This document shows positions 15,578-25,892 of a DNA stretch of 29,305 nucleotides, piece after piece. The notes under the pieces were generated by a model. That model ran no database searches. It was not told where the DNA came from and saw only the letters and a list, made by a program, of their open reading frames with translations. Position 1 is the stretch's first letter. Every line of letters starts with the position of its first letter. Both the position numbers and the translations under genes were made by a program. Where the stretch lies: contig CAZHPN010000052.1 of the NCBI GenBank assembly GCA_964534375.1, positions 4,246 to 33,550 on the forward strand, written 5' to 3'. Source of the DNA: an uncultured bacterium. Lineage in GTDB: Bacteria > Lernaellota > Lernaellaia > Lernaellales > Lernaellaceae.

Positions 15578-16654
15578 TCACTCCTTGTCTTGGCGGTTGG
15601 CGGACAACTCGGCGAGGGCCTCGCGCAGGCTCGGCGCGATTTCGCCGCGCGCGACTTTTTTCCAGAAATGGCCCTGTTTGTAAAGCAGGTAGCCGTCGCG
15701 GGCGGCGATCACGCCGAGGTCGGCCTCGCGGCTCTCGCCCGGACCGTTGACGCTGCAGCCCATCACGGCCACGTGCAGCGGCGTTTCGACGTTGCCGAAC
15801 GCTTCCTCCAGTTCCTCGACGACGCCCTCGATCGGCTGCTCGAGCCGGCCGCAATTCGGGCACGAGGTGATCGTCACGCCGCGCCGGCGCAGGCCGAGGC
15901 TCTTGAGGATTTCCCAACCCGCGCGCACCTCGGGCAACGGATCGCCCGTCAGGCTGACGCGAATCGTATCGCCGATGCCCTCCGCGAGCAGCACGCCGAT
16001 GCCGACGGCGCTGCGGATCGCGCCCGTCCAGGCCGTGCCGGCTTCGGTGACGCCCAGGTGCAACGGCACGTCGCTGCGTTCGGCAAAGAGGCGGTTGGCG
16101 GCGATGGTGCGCGGCACGTCGCTGGCTTTCAGACTGACTTTGATGTCGCCGAATTTGAGGTCTTCCAGCAGGTTCACATTGTCGAGCGCGGACTGCACCA
16201 TCGCCTCCGCCGTCGGGCCGCCGAATTCGGTGAGCAGCCGCTTTTCAAGGCTGCCGGCGTTGACGCCGATGCGGATCGGCACGCGGCGGTCGAGGCAGGC
16301 GTTGACGACCGCTTCGACGCGTTCGCGCGAGCCGATGTTGCCGGGGTTGATGCGCAGCATGGCCACGCCGGCTTCGAGACTGCGCAGCGCGAGCTTGTAA
16401 TCGAAATGGATGTCGGCGACGAGCGGCACGCTCGTGCGTTTGACGATCTCGAACAAGGCGTCGGCGGCCGGCTGGTCGGGCACGGCCAGGCGGACGATCT
16501 CCGCGCCGGCGCCTTGCAGGGCGTTGACCTGGGCGACTGTGGCGTCGACGTTGCGCGTGTCGGTGTTGGTCATCGACTGCACGACGATCGGCGCGCCGCC
16601 GCCGATGGGCACGCGACCGACCATGATTTGGCGGGTCTGTCGGCGCTTAATCAT
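15578..16654 (-). CDS. ispG: (E)-4-hydroxy-3-methylbut-2-enyl diphosphate synthase
   Basis: VQSMTNTDT, ADIHF, RINPGNIG, RIGVNAGSL, GDTIRVSL, SCPNCGR, VMGC.VNGPGE. Confidence 0.97.
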   Translation of the reverse strand: MIKRRQTRQIMVGRVPIGGGAPIVVQSMTNTDTRNVDATVAQVNALQGAGAEIVRLAVPDQPAADALFEIVKRTSVPLVADIHFDYKLALRSLEAGVAMLRINPGNIGSRERVEAVVNACLDRRVPIRIGVNAGSLEKRLLTEFGGPTAEAMVQSALDNVNLLEDLKFGDIKVSLKASDVPRTIAANRLFAERSDVPLHLGVTEAGTAWTGAIRSAVGIGVLLAEGIGDTIRVSLTGDPLPEVRAGWEILKSLGLRRRGVTITSCPNCGRLEQPIEGVVEELEEAFGNVETPLHVAVMGCSVNGPGESREADLGVIAARDGYLLYKQGHFWKKVARGEIAPSLREALAELSANRQDKE

Positions 16655-16683
16655 TGGATTCTCCGGGCCGCGAATGCCGAATA

Positions 16684-16765
16684 ATAGGACTTATAAGACC
16701 TATGGGACGTATAGGTCTTGCCGCGGCGACCTCGCCCGGAATTTGCGATTCGCAATTCGCAATTG
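16684..16765. repeat. Short 9-mer (ATAGGAC.T) and 7-mer (ATTCGCA) repeats in the ntrX-ispG spacer
   Basis: ATAGGACTTATAAGACCTATGGGACGTATAGGTCTT and ATTTGCGATTCGCAATTCGCAATT. Confidence 0.5.
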
Positions 16766-16768
16766 GCA

Positions 16769-18145
16769 TCAGTCGTTTTCCTTGGAGGTCCCGCCAATGC
16801 CCAGGCTGCGAATCTTGCGGTGCAGGTTCGTCCGTTCGATGCCCAGCGCCTCGGCGGTCTTGGTGACGTTGCCGTTAAATTCTTCGAGCTTGCGCAGCAG
16901 GAACTCGCGCTCGAACGCGGCCTTGGCCTCGCGGAAACCGGCGATCGTGAAAATTTCGTCGGCCGGTTCGGCCTTGGCCGGCGCGGGCTTGAGCGCCTGG
17001 CCGACGTGCTCGGACGTCACCGCGTCGGCGCGGGTCATGATGACCAGCCGCTCGATGATGTTCTTCAATTCGCGCACGTTGCCCGGCCAGTCGTAGTCGG
17101 TCAGCCGCGCGATCGCCTCCTGGGTGAAAGTGCGCAGCGGCAGCCCCGAGCGCGCGCAGAACGCCCGCGTGAAGAATTCGACGAATTGCGGAATATCCTG
17201 CTTGCGTTCGCGCAGCGGCGGCACGTGCAGCGGGATGACGTTCAGGCGGTAAAAGAGGTCTTCGCGGAAGCGGCCGGCGGCGATCTCCTGTTCGAGATCC
17301 TTGTTGGTCGCGGCGATGACCCGCACGTCGACCGGAATGACTTCCGCACCGCCGACGCGTTGAAAGCTCTTTTCCTGCAAGACGCGCAGCACCTTCGCCT
17401 GCGTCTTGACGCTCATATCGGCGATTTCGTCGAGGAAGATCGTGCCGCCGTCGGCCAGGTCGAACTTGCCGCGGCGCCGTTCGTTCGCGCCGGTGAAGGC
17501 GCCTTTTTCGTGGCCGAAGAGTTCGGATTCGATCAGCTCGTCCGGAATCGCGGCGCAGTTGACCTCGACGAACGGCTCTTTCGCGCGCTTCGACTGCACA
17601 TGGATCTGCCGTGCGACCAGCTCCTTGCCGCTGCCGTTCTCGCCGGTGACCAGCACCCAGCCATCGGTCGGCGCGGCGAGCGAAATCTGCTCGCGCAGAT
17701 GCTGGATCGACGCGTGATCGCCGAGCATCTCGTGCTTGGCGTCGATCGTCTCGGTCAGCCGCTTGTTTTCCTGCTCGAGGCGGATCAGATCCATCACGCG
17801 GCCGACCGTCAGCATCGTCTCCGGCAGCGACAACGGCTTCTCGATGAAATCGTACGCGCCCAGCTTGATCGCCTTGACCGCGGTCTCGATGTTGCCGTGG
17901 CCGCTGATCATCACGACCTGCAGGTTGCTGTCGAATTCCTTCATCTTCGCCAGGGTCTGTAGGCCGTCGATGCCGGGCATCCAGATGTCGAGCATCACCA
18001 AGTCCGGCTTTTCGTGCCGCACGACGCGCAGGGCTTCCTCGCCGCTGCCCACCGCCCGCACGGTGTAGCCCTCGTCCTCCAGCACCCCGGCGAGCGTCTC
18101 GCGGATGTCCGGCTCGTCGTCAACGATGAGAATTCTTCGGTCCAC
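16769..18145 (-). CDS. Sigma54-dependent response regulator (NtrX/NtrC-like)
   Basis: REC (ILIVDDE, LDIWMP), AAA+ (GENGSGKE, GAFTGA, LDEI, WPGNVREL) and Fis HTH. Start placed at GTG 18145 after GAGGTG. Confidence 0.93.
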   Translation of the reverse strand: MDRRILIVDDEPDIRETLAGVLEDEGYTVRAVGSGEEALRVVRHEKPDLVMLDIWMPGIDGLQTLAKMKEFDSNLQVVMISGHGNIETAVKAIKLGAYDFIEKPLSLPETMLTVGRVMDLIRLEQENKRLTETIDAKHEMLGDHASIQHLREQISLAAPTDGWVLVTGENGSGKELVARQIHVQSKRAKEPFVEVNCAAIPDELIESELFGHEKGAFTGANERRRGKFDLADGGTIFLDEIADMSVKTQAKVLRVLQEKSFQRVGGAEVIPVDVRVIAATNKDLEQEIAAGRFREDLFYRLNVIPLHVPPLRERKQDIPQFVEFFTRAFCARSGLPLRTFTQEAIARLTDYDWPGNVRELKNIIERLVIMTRADAVTSEHVGQALKPAPAKAEPADEIFTIAGFREAKAAFEREFLLRKLEEFNGNVTKTAEALGIERTNLHRKIRSLGIGGTSKEND

Positions 18146-18223
18146 CGTCACCTCGGTGAAAACAGTTGTAAACGCGAATTGTAGCAGATTTGCAACAGTT
18201 GCAAAGACGGCGAACCGAGGCGG

Positions 18224-18311
18224 AAGGAACAAGGAAAAAGGAAAAAGGAAAAAAGCAGGCGCCGCCCACTGGGCCAGACTTTTTACTTTTGCCTTTTGCC
18301 TCTTTCCTTTT
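18224..18311. repeat. Inverted heptamer arrays (AAGGAAA / TTTTGCC) forming a hairpin
   Basis: AAGGAACAAGGAAAAAGGAAAAAGGAAAAAAG ... TTTTACTTTTGCCTTTTGCCTCTTTCCTTT. Confidence 0.65.
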
Positions 18312-18331
18312 CGGTGAATACGCCGCGCTGC

Positions 18332-20644
18332 TTACGCCTTTGCGGTCTCCGAATTTTCCTCAGCCGCTTTTTCGACCGGCCGGATCGGCAGCGTGATCGT
18401 CACCACCGTCCCGTGCGGTTGGTTGTCGCGCAACTGAATCGCGCCGCCGTGGTCGGTGACGATGCGGTGGACGATCGCCAGGCCCAGGCCCGTGCCCATC
18501 TTTTTCGTCGAGAAATACGGCTCGAATAGACGGCTGCGGTAGGCCTTGGGGATGCCGGCGCCCGTGTCGCCGATCTCAATGACGACCTGCTTCTTCTCGT
18601 CTTCGTGCCGAATGCGTGCGGTCACCCGGCCCGGGCCCTCGATGGCTTCGACCGCGTTGTCGATGACGTTGATCAAGGCGCGTTTGAGCTGGTCGTGGTC
18701 CGCCAGAATCGCCGGCAGGGCGGGCGGAATCTCGACGTCGAAATCGATCCGCCGGTGCGCCTCGCGATAGAGAATGACGACCTCGTTGAGGATCGCGGCG
18801 AGGTCGGTCGGCGCGGGCCGCGCTTCGGCGAGGCGGGCGAAGTCGGAGAATTCCTGCACCATGCGCTTCATTTCTTCGACCTGCCGGATGATGACGCCGG
18901 TCGAATCGGAAAAGACGGTGTCCTGCTCGGAATCGAAGCGCTGGCCGTAGCGCTTGCGCAGGCGTTGTGCGGCGAGTTGAATCGGCGTCAGCGGGTTCTT
19001 GATCTCGTGCGCGATGCGGCGCGCGATTTCCTGCCACGCGCCGACGCGTTGCGCTTTCAGCAATTCCGTGAGGTCTTCGACGACCAGCACCGCGCCGGCC
19101 ACGCCGCCCGGCGCCGTTTTGTGTACGGACAGAATCGCCAGCAAGGTGTGGAGTGCGCCGCCGATCGTCACCTCGATTTGGCTTTGGACCGTCCACTTTT
19201 TGCCCTTGAACAACGCCTCGCCGAGCTTCTTGAAGGCTTCGGCGAACTCGGCCGGAAAGACGTCCGTCCAGGTCTTGGTCGTCGCCTGCTCGGCCTTGAC
19301 GCCCAGAATGCGCTCGGCGCTCGGGTTGACCGTCAGCACGCGCCCCTCGTTGTCGAACGACAGCACTCCCGCCGCGACGTTGTTCAGGATCGCTTCCATG
19401 CTCGCGCGGCGGCGCTCCAACTCGACGTTGGTCGCTTCCAGATCGGCGTAGGCGCCTTCCAGCGCCTTGTGGCTGGTGGCGAGGTCGTCGAGCATCTTGT
19501 TGAAGGCTTCGACCAGCGTGCCGATTTCGTCGTCGGCGACCTTTTGCAGGCGCAGGTTCATTTCGCCGGCCGCGACCTTCCGCGCGCCCTCGGAGATCGT
19601 TTGCAGCGGGTCCGTGATCTGCCGCGCCAGATAGAAGCCCATCCACGTCGCGGAAAACAGAATGAACAAGCTGATGAGCCCCAGAAAGATGAAGTAGCTC
19701 GAACGAATCGGCGTCTCGTACAGGCGCAGCCCGTGGTATTCCTTGTACGTTTGCTGGATGTGTTTCATCTTCTCCAGCAAACCCTCCGGCACGTAATAGC
19801 CGACCAAAACCACCGCCGCGACCTCGCCTTGCGGCGTGATCACGGGCGCCAGGCCGCGGGCCAGTTCGGCGTCGCCGATGCGGTCCACGTCGTGCGCGGC
19901 CTGCTTGTTGAAGCCTTTTTGCAGAAAATCGCGTTCCGGCTTCGGCCACAGGTTCTTGGGAATGGCGCTGCTGCGCACGGCCAGCGGCGCGCGATCGGGC
20001 GTGGCGAAGACCTCGATCGACTCGACCTGCAACATCTGCCGCCGTTCTTCGATCGTGTATTGCAGGTCCTCGGCGGCCTTGCCCGCGGCGGCGAAGGTCG
20101 ACGGCGCGCTCCAGGTTTTAAAGCGCGGGTCCCGGCTCAGGAAGTTGGCGATGTCCTGCGCCTGGCTGATCGAACGGTTGTAAATGGTCTCGTAGTATTT
20201 CTGCGCGACTTCGAGCGATTCGTTGAGGCTGCCCTCGATTTGCAGGCTGAACCAGCGCTCGATGGCGTTGGTGATGAAACTCATGGACACGAGGAAGAGC
20301 ACGATGGTCGGCACGGTGGCAAAGGCGGCGAAGGCGACGACCAGCCGCGTGCGCAGGCGCGAGCCGAGCACCCGCCGCCGCCGCTCGAACACCAGCTTGG
20401 TCAGGTTGCGGAAAATCAGAAACAGCAGCACGCAGGCGAGCAGCACGATGACGTTGATCACCGTGAAATAGAGAAGATTGCTGCCGCCGGTCGCGCGGCG
20501 AAAATCGTAAAAGTAGTATTCCAGCAAAATCAGCAGCGTCAGGACGATCGCCACGACGATCGCGATGACGATTTCCCGGCGGCGCTGCCGGCCCTCGCGC
20601 ATCTTGATGTATTCTTCCTCAAGGGGCGGGCGCGGTTGGCTCAT
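18332..20644 (-). CDS. NtrY-like PAS/HAMP sensor histidine kinase
   Basis: Three N-terminal TM helices, GSRLRTRLV, ERWFS, HAMP, PAS, AWQEIARRIAHEIKNPLTPIQL, FEPYFSTK..GTGLGL. Confidence 0.93.
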   Translation of the reverse strand: MSQPRPPLEEEYIKMREGRQRRREIVIAIVVAIVLTLLILLEYYFYDFRRATGGSNLLYFTVINVIVLLACVLLFLIFRNLTKLVFERRRRVLGSRLRTRLVVAFAAFATVPTIVLFLVSMSFITNAIERWFSLQIEGSLNESLEVAQKYYETIYNRSISQAQDIANFLSRDPRFKTWSAPSTFAAAGKAAEDLQYTIEERRQMLQVESIEVFATPDRAPLAVRSSAIPKNLWPKPERDFLQKGFNKQAAHDVDRIGDAELARGLAPVITPQGEVAAVVLVGYYVPEGLLEKMKHIQQTYKEYHGLRLYETPIRSSYFIFLGLISLFILFSATWMGFYLARQITDPLQTISEGARKVAAGEMNLRLQKVADDEIGTLVEAFNKMLDDLATSHKALEGAYADLEATNVELERRRASMEAILNNVAAGVLSFDNEGRVLTVNPSAERILGVKAEQATTKTWTDVFPAEFAEAFKKLGEALFKGKKWTVQSQIEVTIGGALHTLLAILSVHKTAPGGVAGAVLVVEDLTELLKAQRVGAWQEIARRIAHEIKNPLTPIQLAAQRLRKRYGQRFDSEQDTVFSDSTGVIIRQVEEMKRMVQEFSDFARLAEARPAPTDLAAILNEVVILYREAHRRIDFDVEIPPALPAILADHDQLKRALINVIDNAVEAIEGPGRVTARIRHEDEKKQVVIEIGDTGAGIPKAYRSRLFEPYFSTKKMGTGLGLAIVHRIVTDHGGAIQLRDNQPHGTVVTITLPIRPVEKAAEENSETAKA

Positions 20645-21218
20645 GAGCGACCTTCGCCGGCAGGTCGATGCGCTGCCAGGCGGTTTCGAAGTTCCACGAA
20701 CTGGTGAAGACGCGGTTCACATAAAAGGGCAACTCGACCGTTTCCGTGGTGGCTTTGACGCGCACGTAATACGACGACGACGCCTCCAGCGCCGGGGCCA
20801 CCGCGACGGGGAAGTCCGCGAATTCGGTCATCCACTTTTTCGCCTGCGGGAAATCGGAGGTTTGCTTCGGTTTCGCATCCTCGTCGAACTCGACGGTGAA
20901 GATTTTCTTCAAGGTGTCGTAGCGAATCGTGCGCTTCACGGTCCAGTTGTACACGCGCATGTTCGGCCAGGCGGTGATGACGCGGTAGACTTCAAACACG
21001 TAGTTGAACGTCTGCGGAATGCCCGAGAGAATCGCCTCTTCCCGTTTCGAGTCGAAAGCGTCGAGCAGGACGAACGACACCGAATAGATCTGGCCGTTGC
21101 GCGAACTGGAGGCGTTGGCGAGGTGGGCGTCTCCCGCCGCCGCCGGATTTGGCGCGAGAAAAATGGCCAGGCAGGTCCCGAGCAAAACCCCGAGCCAGCA
21201 GACGGGTGTGGCGCGCAT
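20619..21218 (-). CDS. DUF4390-like exported protein
   Basis: Signal peptide after ATG 21218 (GGAG RBS). EAILSGIP..F.Y..E, IRYD.L...F motifs. Usual position upstream of ntrY. Confidence 0.7.
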   Translation of the reverse strand: MRATPVCWLGVLLGTCLAIFLAPNPAAAGDAHLANASSSRNGQIYSVSFVLLDAFDSKREEAILSGIPQTFNYVFEVYRVITAWPNMRVYNWTVKRTIRYDTLKKIFTVEFDEDAKPKQTSDFPQAKKWMTEFADFPVAVAPALEASSSYYVRVKATTETVELPFYVNRVFTSSWNFETAWQRIDLPAKVAHEPTAPAP

Positions 21219-21337
21219 GGCTCTCCATACTGGTGCGCAGGCATCGTACCCGGAAGGTCGGAGACGATCAACCGACGGCTTGTTCACCGCCGGCCGGCCC
21301 GTTATCCTGCGGGCGCCAATCATCGCAGGAGCGCGGC

Positions 21338-22639
21338 ATGAGCCTGTTTTCGCGAAAAAAAACGAAGGCCGTGGTCGTCGGGCTGGACGGCGTGCCCTAT
21401 TCGCTGCTTAACAAGCTGTCGGCGCAGGGCGTCGTGCCGCGCTTGACCGAAATCATGAAAATCGGGCCCCTGCGGCGGATGGAAGTGACCGTGCCGGAAA
21501 TCTCGGCGGTGAGCTGGCCGAGTTTCATGACGGGCGTCGATCCGGGCGCGCACGGCATCTTCGGGTTCACGGAACTCGTCCCCGGGACGTACGACACAAC
21601 GTTCCCGAATTACGCCAGCCTCAAGGCGCCGACGATCTGGGACAGGCTCGAACAGCAGGGCAAGCGCAGCGTCGTCATCAATCAGCCGGGCACGTACCCC
21701 GCCCGGCGGCTGGCGGGCGCGCTGGTCTCGGGCTTCGTCGCCATCGAACTGCACAAGGCGGTGTTTCCGGCGAAGTACATCGGTCCGTTGCGGCGCCTCA
21801 ACTACGAGATCGACATCGACACCGCGCGCGCCCGCCGCGACCACGCGTATGCCCTGCGCGAACTGGAGTCGACGCTCGAAGGCCGGCAGCGCGCGGTCGA
21901 GATGTTCTGGCACGTCGAGGATTGGGATTTCTTCGAGGTCATCGTCACCGGCACCGACCGCCTGCACCATTTTCTGTGGCACGCCCTGGTCGACGAGAAT
22001 CACGAACTGCACAGCCGCACGATCAACTACTACCGCAACGTCGACCGCTTCGTCGGCGAGATGGCCGACCGTTATCGCGCCGAAACCAAAGACGACAGCC
22101 TGACCGGCCTTTTCCTGCTCAGCGATCACGGGTTCTGCGCGCTGGAGAAAGAGGTCGCCCTCAATCGGTTCCTCATGGAAAAGGGCCTCGTGAAATTCAC
22201 CGCCGACCCGCCGGCGGACCTCAGCCAGATCGCGCCGGAATCGAAAGTTCTCGTGCTCGATCCGAATCGCGTCTACGTGCACCGGCGCGGGAAATATCCC
22301 AACGGCCGCGTCGATGCGGCCGACGCCCCCAAAGTCCTGGCCGACGCCCGGGCGGCGCTCGCCGAAATGTCGTACGACGGCAAAAAGCTCGTGCGGCGGT
22401 TCTTCACGCGCGAGGATGCCTATCACGGCCCGCACGCCGCGAGCGGCCCCGACTTGGTGGCCGTGTCCATCAACGGCTACGATTTCAAGGGCGCGGTGGA
22501 TCGCACAGAGGTTTTCGGCAATTTCGGCTTCACCGGCATGCACAACCAGGACGACGCGTTTTTATGGACGGCGCAGCCGTGCGCCGAGGTCCCATTTATC
22601 ACCGATGTCGCCGGTTTGATTCTCGAACATTTGGGATAA
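21338..22639 (+). CDS. Alkaline-phosphatase-superfamily phosphodiesterase / nucleotide pyrophosphatase
   Basis: VVVGLDG, PEISAVSWPSFMTG..PGAHGIFGF, TDRLHH, LSDHGF, GMH. AGGAG RBS before ATG 21338. Confidence 0.88.
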   Translation: MSLFSRKKTKAVVVGLDGVPYSLLNKLSAQGVVPRLTEIMKIGPLRRMEVTVPEISAVSWPSFMTGVDPGAHGIFGFTELVPGTYDTTFPNYASLKAPTIWDRLEQQGKRSVVINQPGTYPARRLAGALVSGFVAIELHKAVFPAKYIGPLRRLNYEIDIDTARARRDHAYALRELESTLEGRQRAVEMFWHVEDWDFFEVIVTGTDRLHHFLWHALVDENHELHSRTINYYRNVDRFVGEMADRYRAETKDDSLTGLFLLSDHGFCALEKEVALNRFLMEKGLVKFTADPPADLSQIAPESKVLVLDPNRVYVHRRGKYPNGRVDAADAPKVLADARAALAEMSYDGKKLVRRFFTREDAYHGPHAASGPDLVAVSINGYDFKGAVDRTEVFGNFGFTGMHNQDDAFLWTAQPCAEVPFITDVAGLILEHLG

Positions 22640-22677
22640 CGTGTGCGCGGCCGTTCCCGGCCGCGGACTAACACGCA

Positions 22678-23214
22678 TCAGGCCGATTTTGCGTTGAAGA
22701 GCGTTTCGATCCGGCGTTTCAACATTCGACTCCGAAACAAAATACGGATCTGGACCACGACCGTCGGCAAAATAAGTGTGAGGAGAGACCCAAACAGATC
22801 CGCCTTCGAAATACCTCCGTGTTGAACGCTCCCCCCGATGATGACCGCCGTCACAGCGGCGGTCCAAAATGTCAAAAACGCGATCGCCGCGTACGTGATG
22901 CGCATCGTTACGGCGATTCGGAGGCCCGTTGCCCCGGGCGTGAAACGGCCGACGACGATCGGCCCCTCGGGGTTCCACGTGCGCATCATGCCGCCGAAAA
23001 TGTGGGGAAGAACGGGCTTGAATTTGAATCCGTCGCGCGAGACCCTGCCGAGGAATTGCTTTTCCGTGACGAAATGAAAACCGCGTTCCTGCTCCGTGAC
23101 GGCGGCGAGGGCGGCGACCGCGTCGTCGACGGTCATGGCCGTTTCGATTTCGAAAGATTCCCACGGCCACAGCTTCATTCTCGGTCCCGCGATCTTTTTT
23201 GCACTTTCTTGCAT
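22678..23214 (-). CDS. Hypothetical membrane protein (two C-terminal TM helices)
   Basis: 178-aa ORF with protein-like composition and two hydrophobic segments. Start may be at the second Met (MKLWP). Confidence 0.6.
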   Translation of the reverse strand: MQESAKKIAGPRMKLWPWESFEIETAMTVDDAVAALAAVTEQERGFHFVTEKQFLGRVSRDGFKFKPVLPHIFGGMMRTWNPEGPIVVGRFTPGATGLRIAVTMRITYAAIAFLTFWTAAVTAVIIGGSVQHGGISKADLFGSLLTLILPTVVVQIRILFRSRMLKRRIETLFNAKSA

Positions 23215-23560
23215 TTTAGTCGAGGCCGCCGCGCGGTCAAACGAGGGCGATGATTGAAACTGGAATGCTGCGAACTGCCGTTACTATTGTCGCGGGTCTG
23301 ATTCTCGAACGCCTAGCCCCGTGCGGGCGGCGACGCTCCCCATTCGAAATATTTTGCGATATAAGAAGCGGCGCGACGGGTTTGCCCGGCGCGGATCTGC
23401 AACGTCAAAATATCACCGAACACCGCAATTTCGAAAAAAAATTACGCTCGGCGTCTAGCCACGCGAAAAATAACGATTAAATTGATTGCCGTGGCAAACA
23501 GGTGGTAAGGCGATTCGGGTGTTTCAACAGAATAACGATAACCATTATGAGGAGACGAAA

Positions 23561-24004
23561 ATGAACCGGGCGCAAGTATTGAAAGACATCGAAGCGACGT
23601 TGGGTGTGGTGCCTGCCTTTTTCAAGGCCGTATCCGATGCGACTCTCGAAATGGAATGGAACCTTTTCCGTCGCGTGCAACTCCAACAGGGCGCCGTGCC
23701 GGCGAAATATCGCGAATTGATCGCGTTGGCCGCCTGCGCCACGTGCCAGTGCCAATACGGCGCGATGTATCACACGGAGATGGCGCGGCAATGCGGCGCG
23801 AACGACATGGAAATCCAGGAAGCGCTGCAGTGCGCGCAGTCGGCGGCCGGCTGGAACGTTTATCGCAACGGCCTCCAGTTGGATTGGAATCAATGCCGCA
23901 ACGAAATCGCGCAGATCGCCAAGCATTTGCAGAACACCGGCGGGCTGACGGCGGGCGCCGGCCAGGCCGGGGCCGCTCGCGACCAGGCGCATCAGAACGC
24001 CTGA
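23561..24004 (+). CDS. Carboxymuconolactone decarboxylase/AhpD-family protein
   Basis: GAGGAG RBS. IEATLGVVPAFF, VPAKYRELIALA...CQY...HTEMARQCGA...EIQEA. Confidence 0.85.
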   Translation: MNRAQVLKDIEATLGVVPAFFKAVSDATLEMEWNLFRRVQLQQGAVPAKYRELIALAACATCQCQYGAMYHTEMARQCGANDMEIQEALQCAQSAAGWNVYRNGLQLDWNQCRNEIAQIAKHLQNTGGLTAGAGQAGAARDQAHQNA

Positions 24005-24022
24005 GCGGACCAAGAAAGGCCG

Positions 24023-24118
24023 CCGAATTCCGGGAACGCGCGGGCGCGGCTCATCAGCCGCGAAGGATCGGGGCCGACAGGCGAGCCGCCGCGCGCTCGC
24101 GACGTTCCCGGAATTCGG
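24023..24118. repeat. Long inverted repeat between convergent genes
   Basis: CCGAATTCCGGGAACG (24023-38) and CGTTCCCGGAATTCGG (24103-18) are perfect 16-bp arms with imperfect inner pairing. Confidence 0.7.
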
Positions 24119-24310
24119 AGCCCGGAGAATTGTGATAGCGAGAGTCCCCGGCGAAGAGCCGGGGATTTGTCTTTAATGAGATATCGATGAGGTCCACGGT
24201 CGATGGTGCGGCGAATCGCGCATCGGCCGGAGACGGCGGCGCGTCGAAACCGGCCCGATTGTTTTTGTCAGCACGATTCGCGAGCGAAACGTCAATTCGG
24301 GCGCGCGCGG

Positions 24311-25726
24311 TCAGCGAGCCGGCGCGTCGGGCGATTTCTGGGGAATCGTGAAATACACGGTGGCGCCGCGGCCTTCGCCCGGGCTTTCCAGCCAAATCCG
24401 GCCGCCGTGGAGTTCGACCAGTCGGCGGGAGAGCGGCAAGCCGAGGCCGGTCCCTTGCTGCTGGCGCGCGAGGCTCGAATCGACTTGCACGAACGCTTCG
24501 AAGATGCGCGTCTGGTCCTCGGGCCGCACGCCGATGCCGGTGTCGGCGACGGCGACGACCAGTTCGCCGTTCTGCTCCGCCGCCCGCAGTTCGATCGCGC
24601 CGCTATCGGGCGTGAACTTCACGGAATTCGCCAGCAGGTTATAGAGGATCTGCCGCAACTTGCGCCGGTCGCCCCAGATCCGGCGGTCGGCCAAGGCCGG
24701 GGGCAGCTTCGTCGCCAGCGAAATCCGGCGCGCCGCCGCCCGCTCGTGCACGGTCGCCAGCGCGTCGGCGAACAGGTCGCCGAGCCGCGCCCACTCCGGC
24801 GTCAACTCCATTTTCCCGGCTTCGACCTTCGACAGGTCCAGCACATCATTGATGAGTTGCAACAGGTGGGAGCCGCTGGCGTGGATGCTGCGGGCGTATT
24901 GCGCCTGTTGTTCGGTCAACTCGCCCGCCAGGCCCCCGGCCAGGACCTGGGCGAAACCGAGGATGGCGTTGAGGGGCGTGCGCAGTTCGTGGCTCATGTT
25001 CGTCAGAAATTCACTTTTCGCGCGGTTCGCGATTTCCGCCTCGCGCTGCAGCCGCCGGCGCTTCTCCTGGTTTCGTTCCAGCGAACGCCGGTACAGGTAC
25101 AGCGCGGAAAAAATCGCGCCGCTGCTGACGAAATAGACGGCGCCGTTCATGACGATCAGGCGCGGATCGAGAAACGTCGCCGCCAACTGCCGGCCGTTGC
25201 GCAAAAACGGCGCGAACGAGAGGACGCCGAAAAACTCCAGCGCGAGCACGGCCAGCAGGCCCAAGTTGCTGCCGATCAAGAACATGACGATGCCGCGCGG
25301 GCGGCCGTACCAGAAAAAAGCGGCGGCGGCGGCCATAATCAGGATGGTCTGCAGCGAACTGAACGTGCCCAACAGGTGCATATGCACCAGGGCGGCGACG
25401 GCGAAAAGCGACAGCATGACGATGATGCTTGGATAATGGAAAGAGAGTGCGCGGTCGCCGATCCGGCGGGCGACCAGATTGGACGCCACGAACGCAACGA
25501 TCGCCAGCCACAGCACGACATCGACGGCCAACGAAAGCTTGACAAATCGCGGATTGAAAATGTCGTCGTATTGGAGCGTAAGCGTCGCGATGGTCTGGCC
25601 GACAAACAGCGGCGTGAAAAAAAGCAACACGGCGAAGCCGCCGTAAACAATGCGCGTTCGCGATTCGCGCAACGACGCAACGTCGCCGGCGTCGACCTGG
25701 TTGTTTTTTGATTCGCCGTGGTCCAT
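24311..25726 (-). CDS. Membrane-bound sensor histidine kinase (orphan)
   Basis: About six TM segments, then ANRAKSEFLTNMSHELRTPLNAI, NLLANSVKFT, DTGIG, GTGLGL. Confidence 0.92.
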   Translation of the reverse strand: MDHGESKNNQVDAGDVASLRESRTRIVYGGFAVLLFFTPLFVGQTIATLTLQYDDIFNPRFVKLSLAVDVVLWLAIVAFVASNLVARRIGDRALSFHYPSIIVMLSLFAVAALVHMHLLGTFSSLQTILIMAAAAAFFWYGRPRGIVMFLIGSNLGLLAVLALEFFGVLSFAPFLRNGRQLAATFLDPRLIVMNGAVYFVSSGAIFSALYLYRRSLERNQEKRRRLQREAEIANRAKSEFLTNMSHELRTPLNAILGFAQVLAGGLAGELTEQQAQYARSIHASGSHLLQLINDVLDLSKVEAGKMELTPEWARLGDLFADALATVHERAAARRISLATKLPPALADRRIWGDRRKLRQILYNLLANSVKFTPDSGAIELRAAEQNGELVVAVADTGIGVRPEDQTRIFEAFVQVDSSLARQQQGTGLGLPLSRRLVELHGGRIWLESPGEGRGATVYFTIPQKSPDAPAR

Positions 25727-25892
25727 CCCGGGGGCATTTTACGCGCGGTTTCGCGAAAAACCAACGCCAAGAAACGAAATCGGCCGAACTTGGAGAAAAG
25801 TGCGGCGGCGCCGCCGGTTGAACTCGCGGAAAAGATCGTTACGTTTTCTCGATTTTCGAAACCGAAGGGCAACACGAGTACGGAGGATCGCC

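Noticed and set aside
13756..20707. Long + strand ORFs (13756-15750, 15473-16684, 16718-17962, 18605-20707)
   Set aside because: Antisense shadows of proS, ispG, ntrX and ntrY, caused by high-GC codon bias.
23250..23480. 76-aa ORF in the divergent spacer
   Set aside because: No motif support; the region looks like promoter DNA between divergent genes.
24203..25711. 502-aa + strand ORF
   Set aside because: Antisense shadow of the histidine kinase gene.
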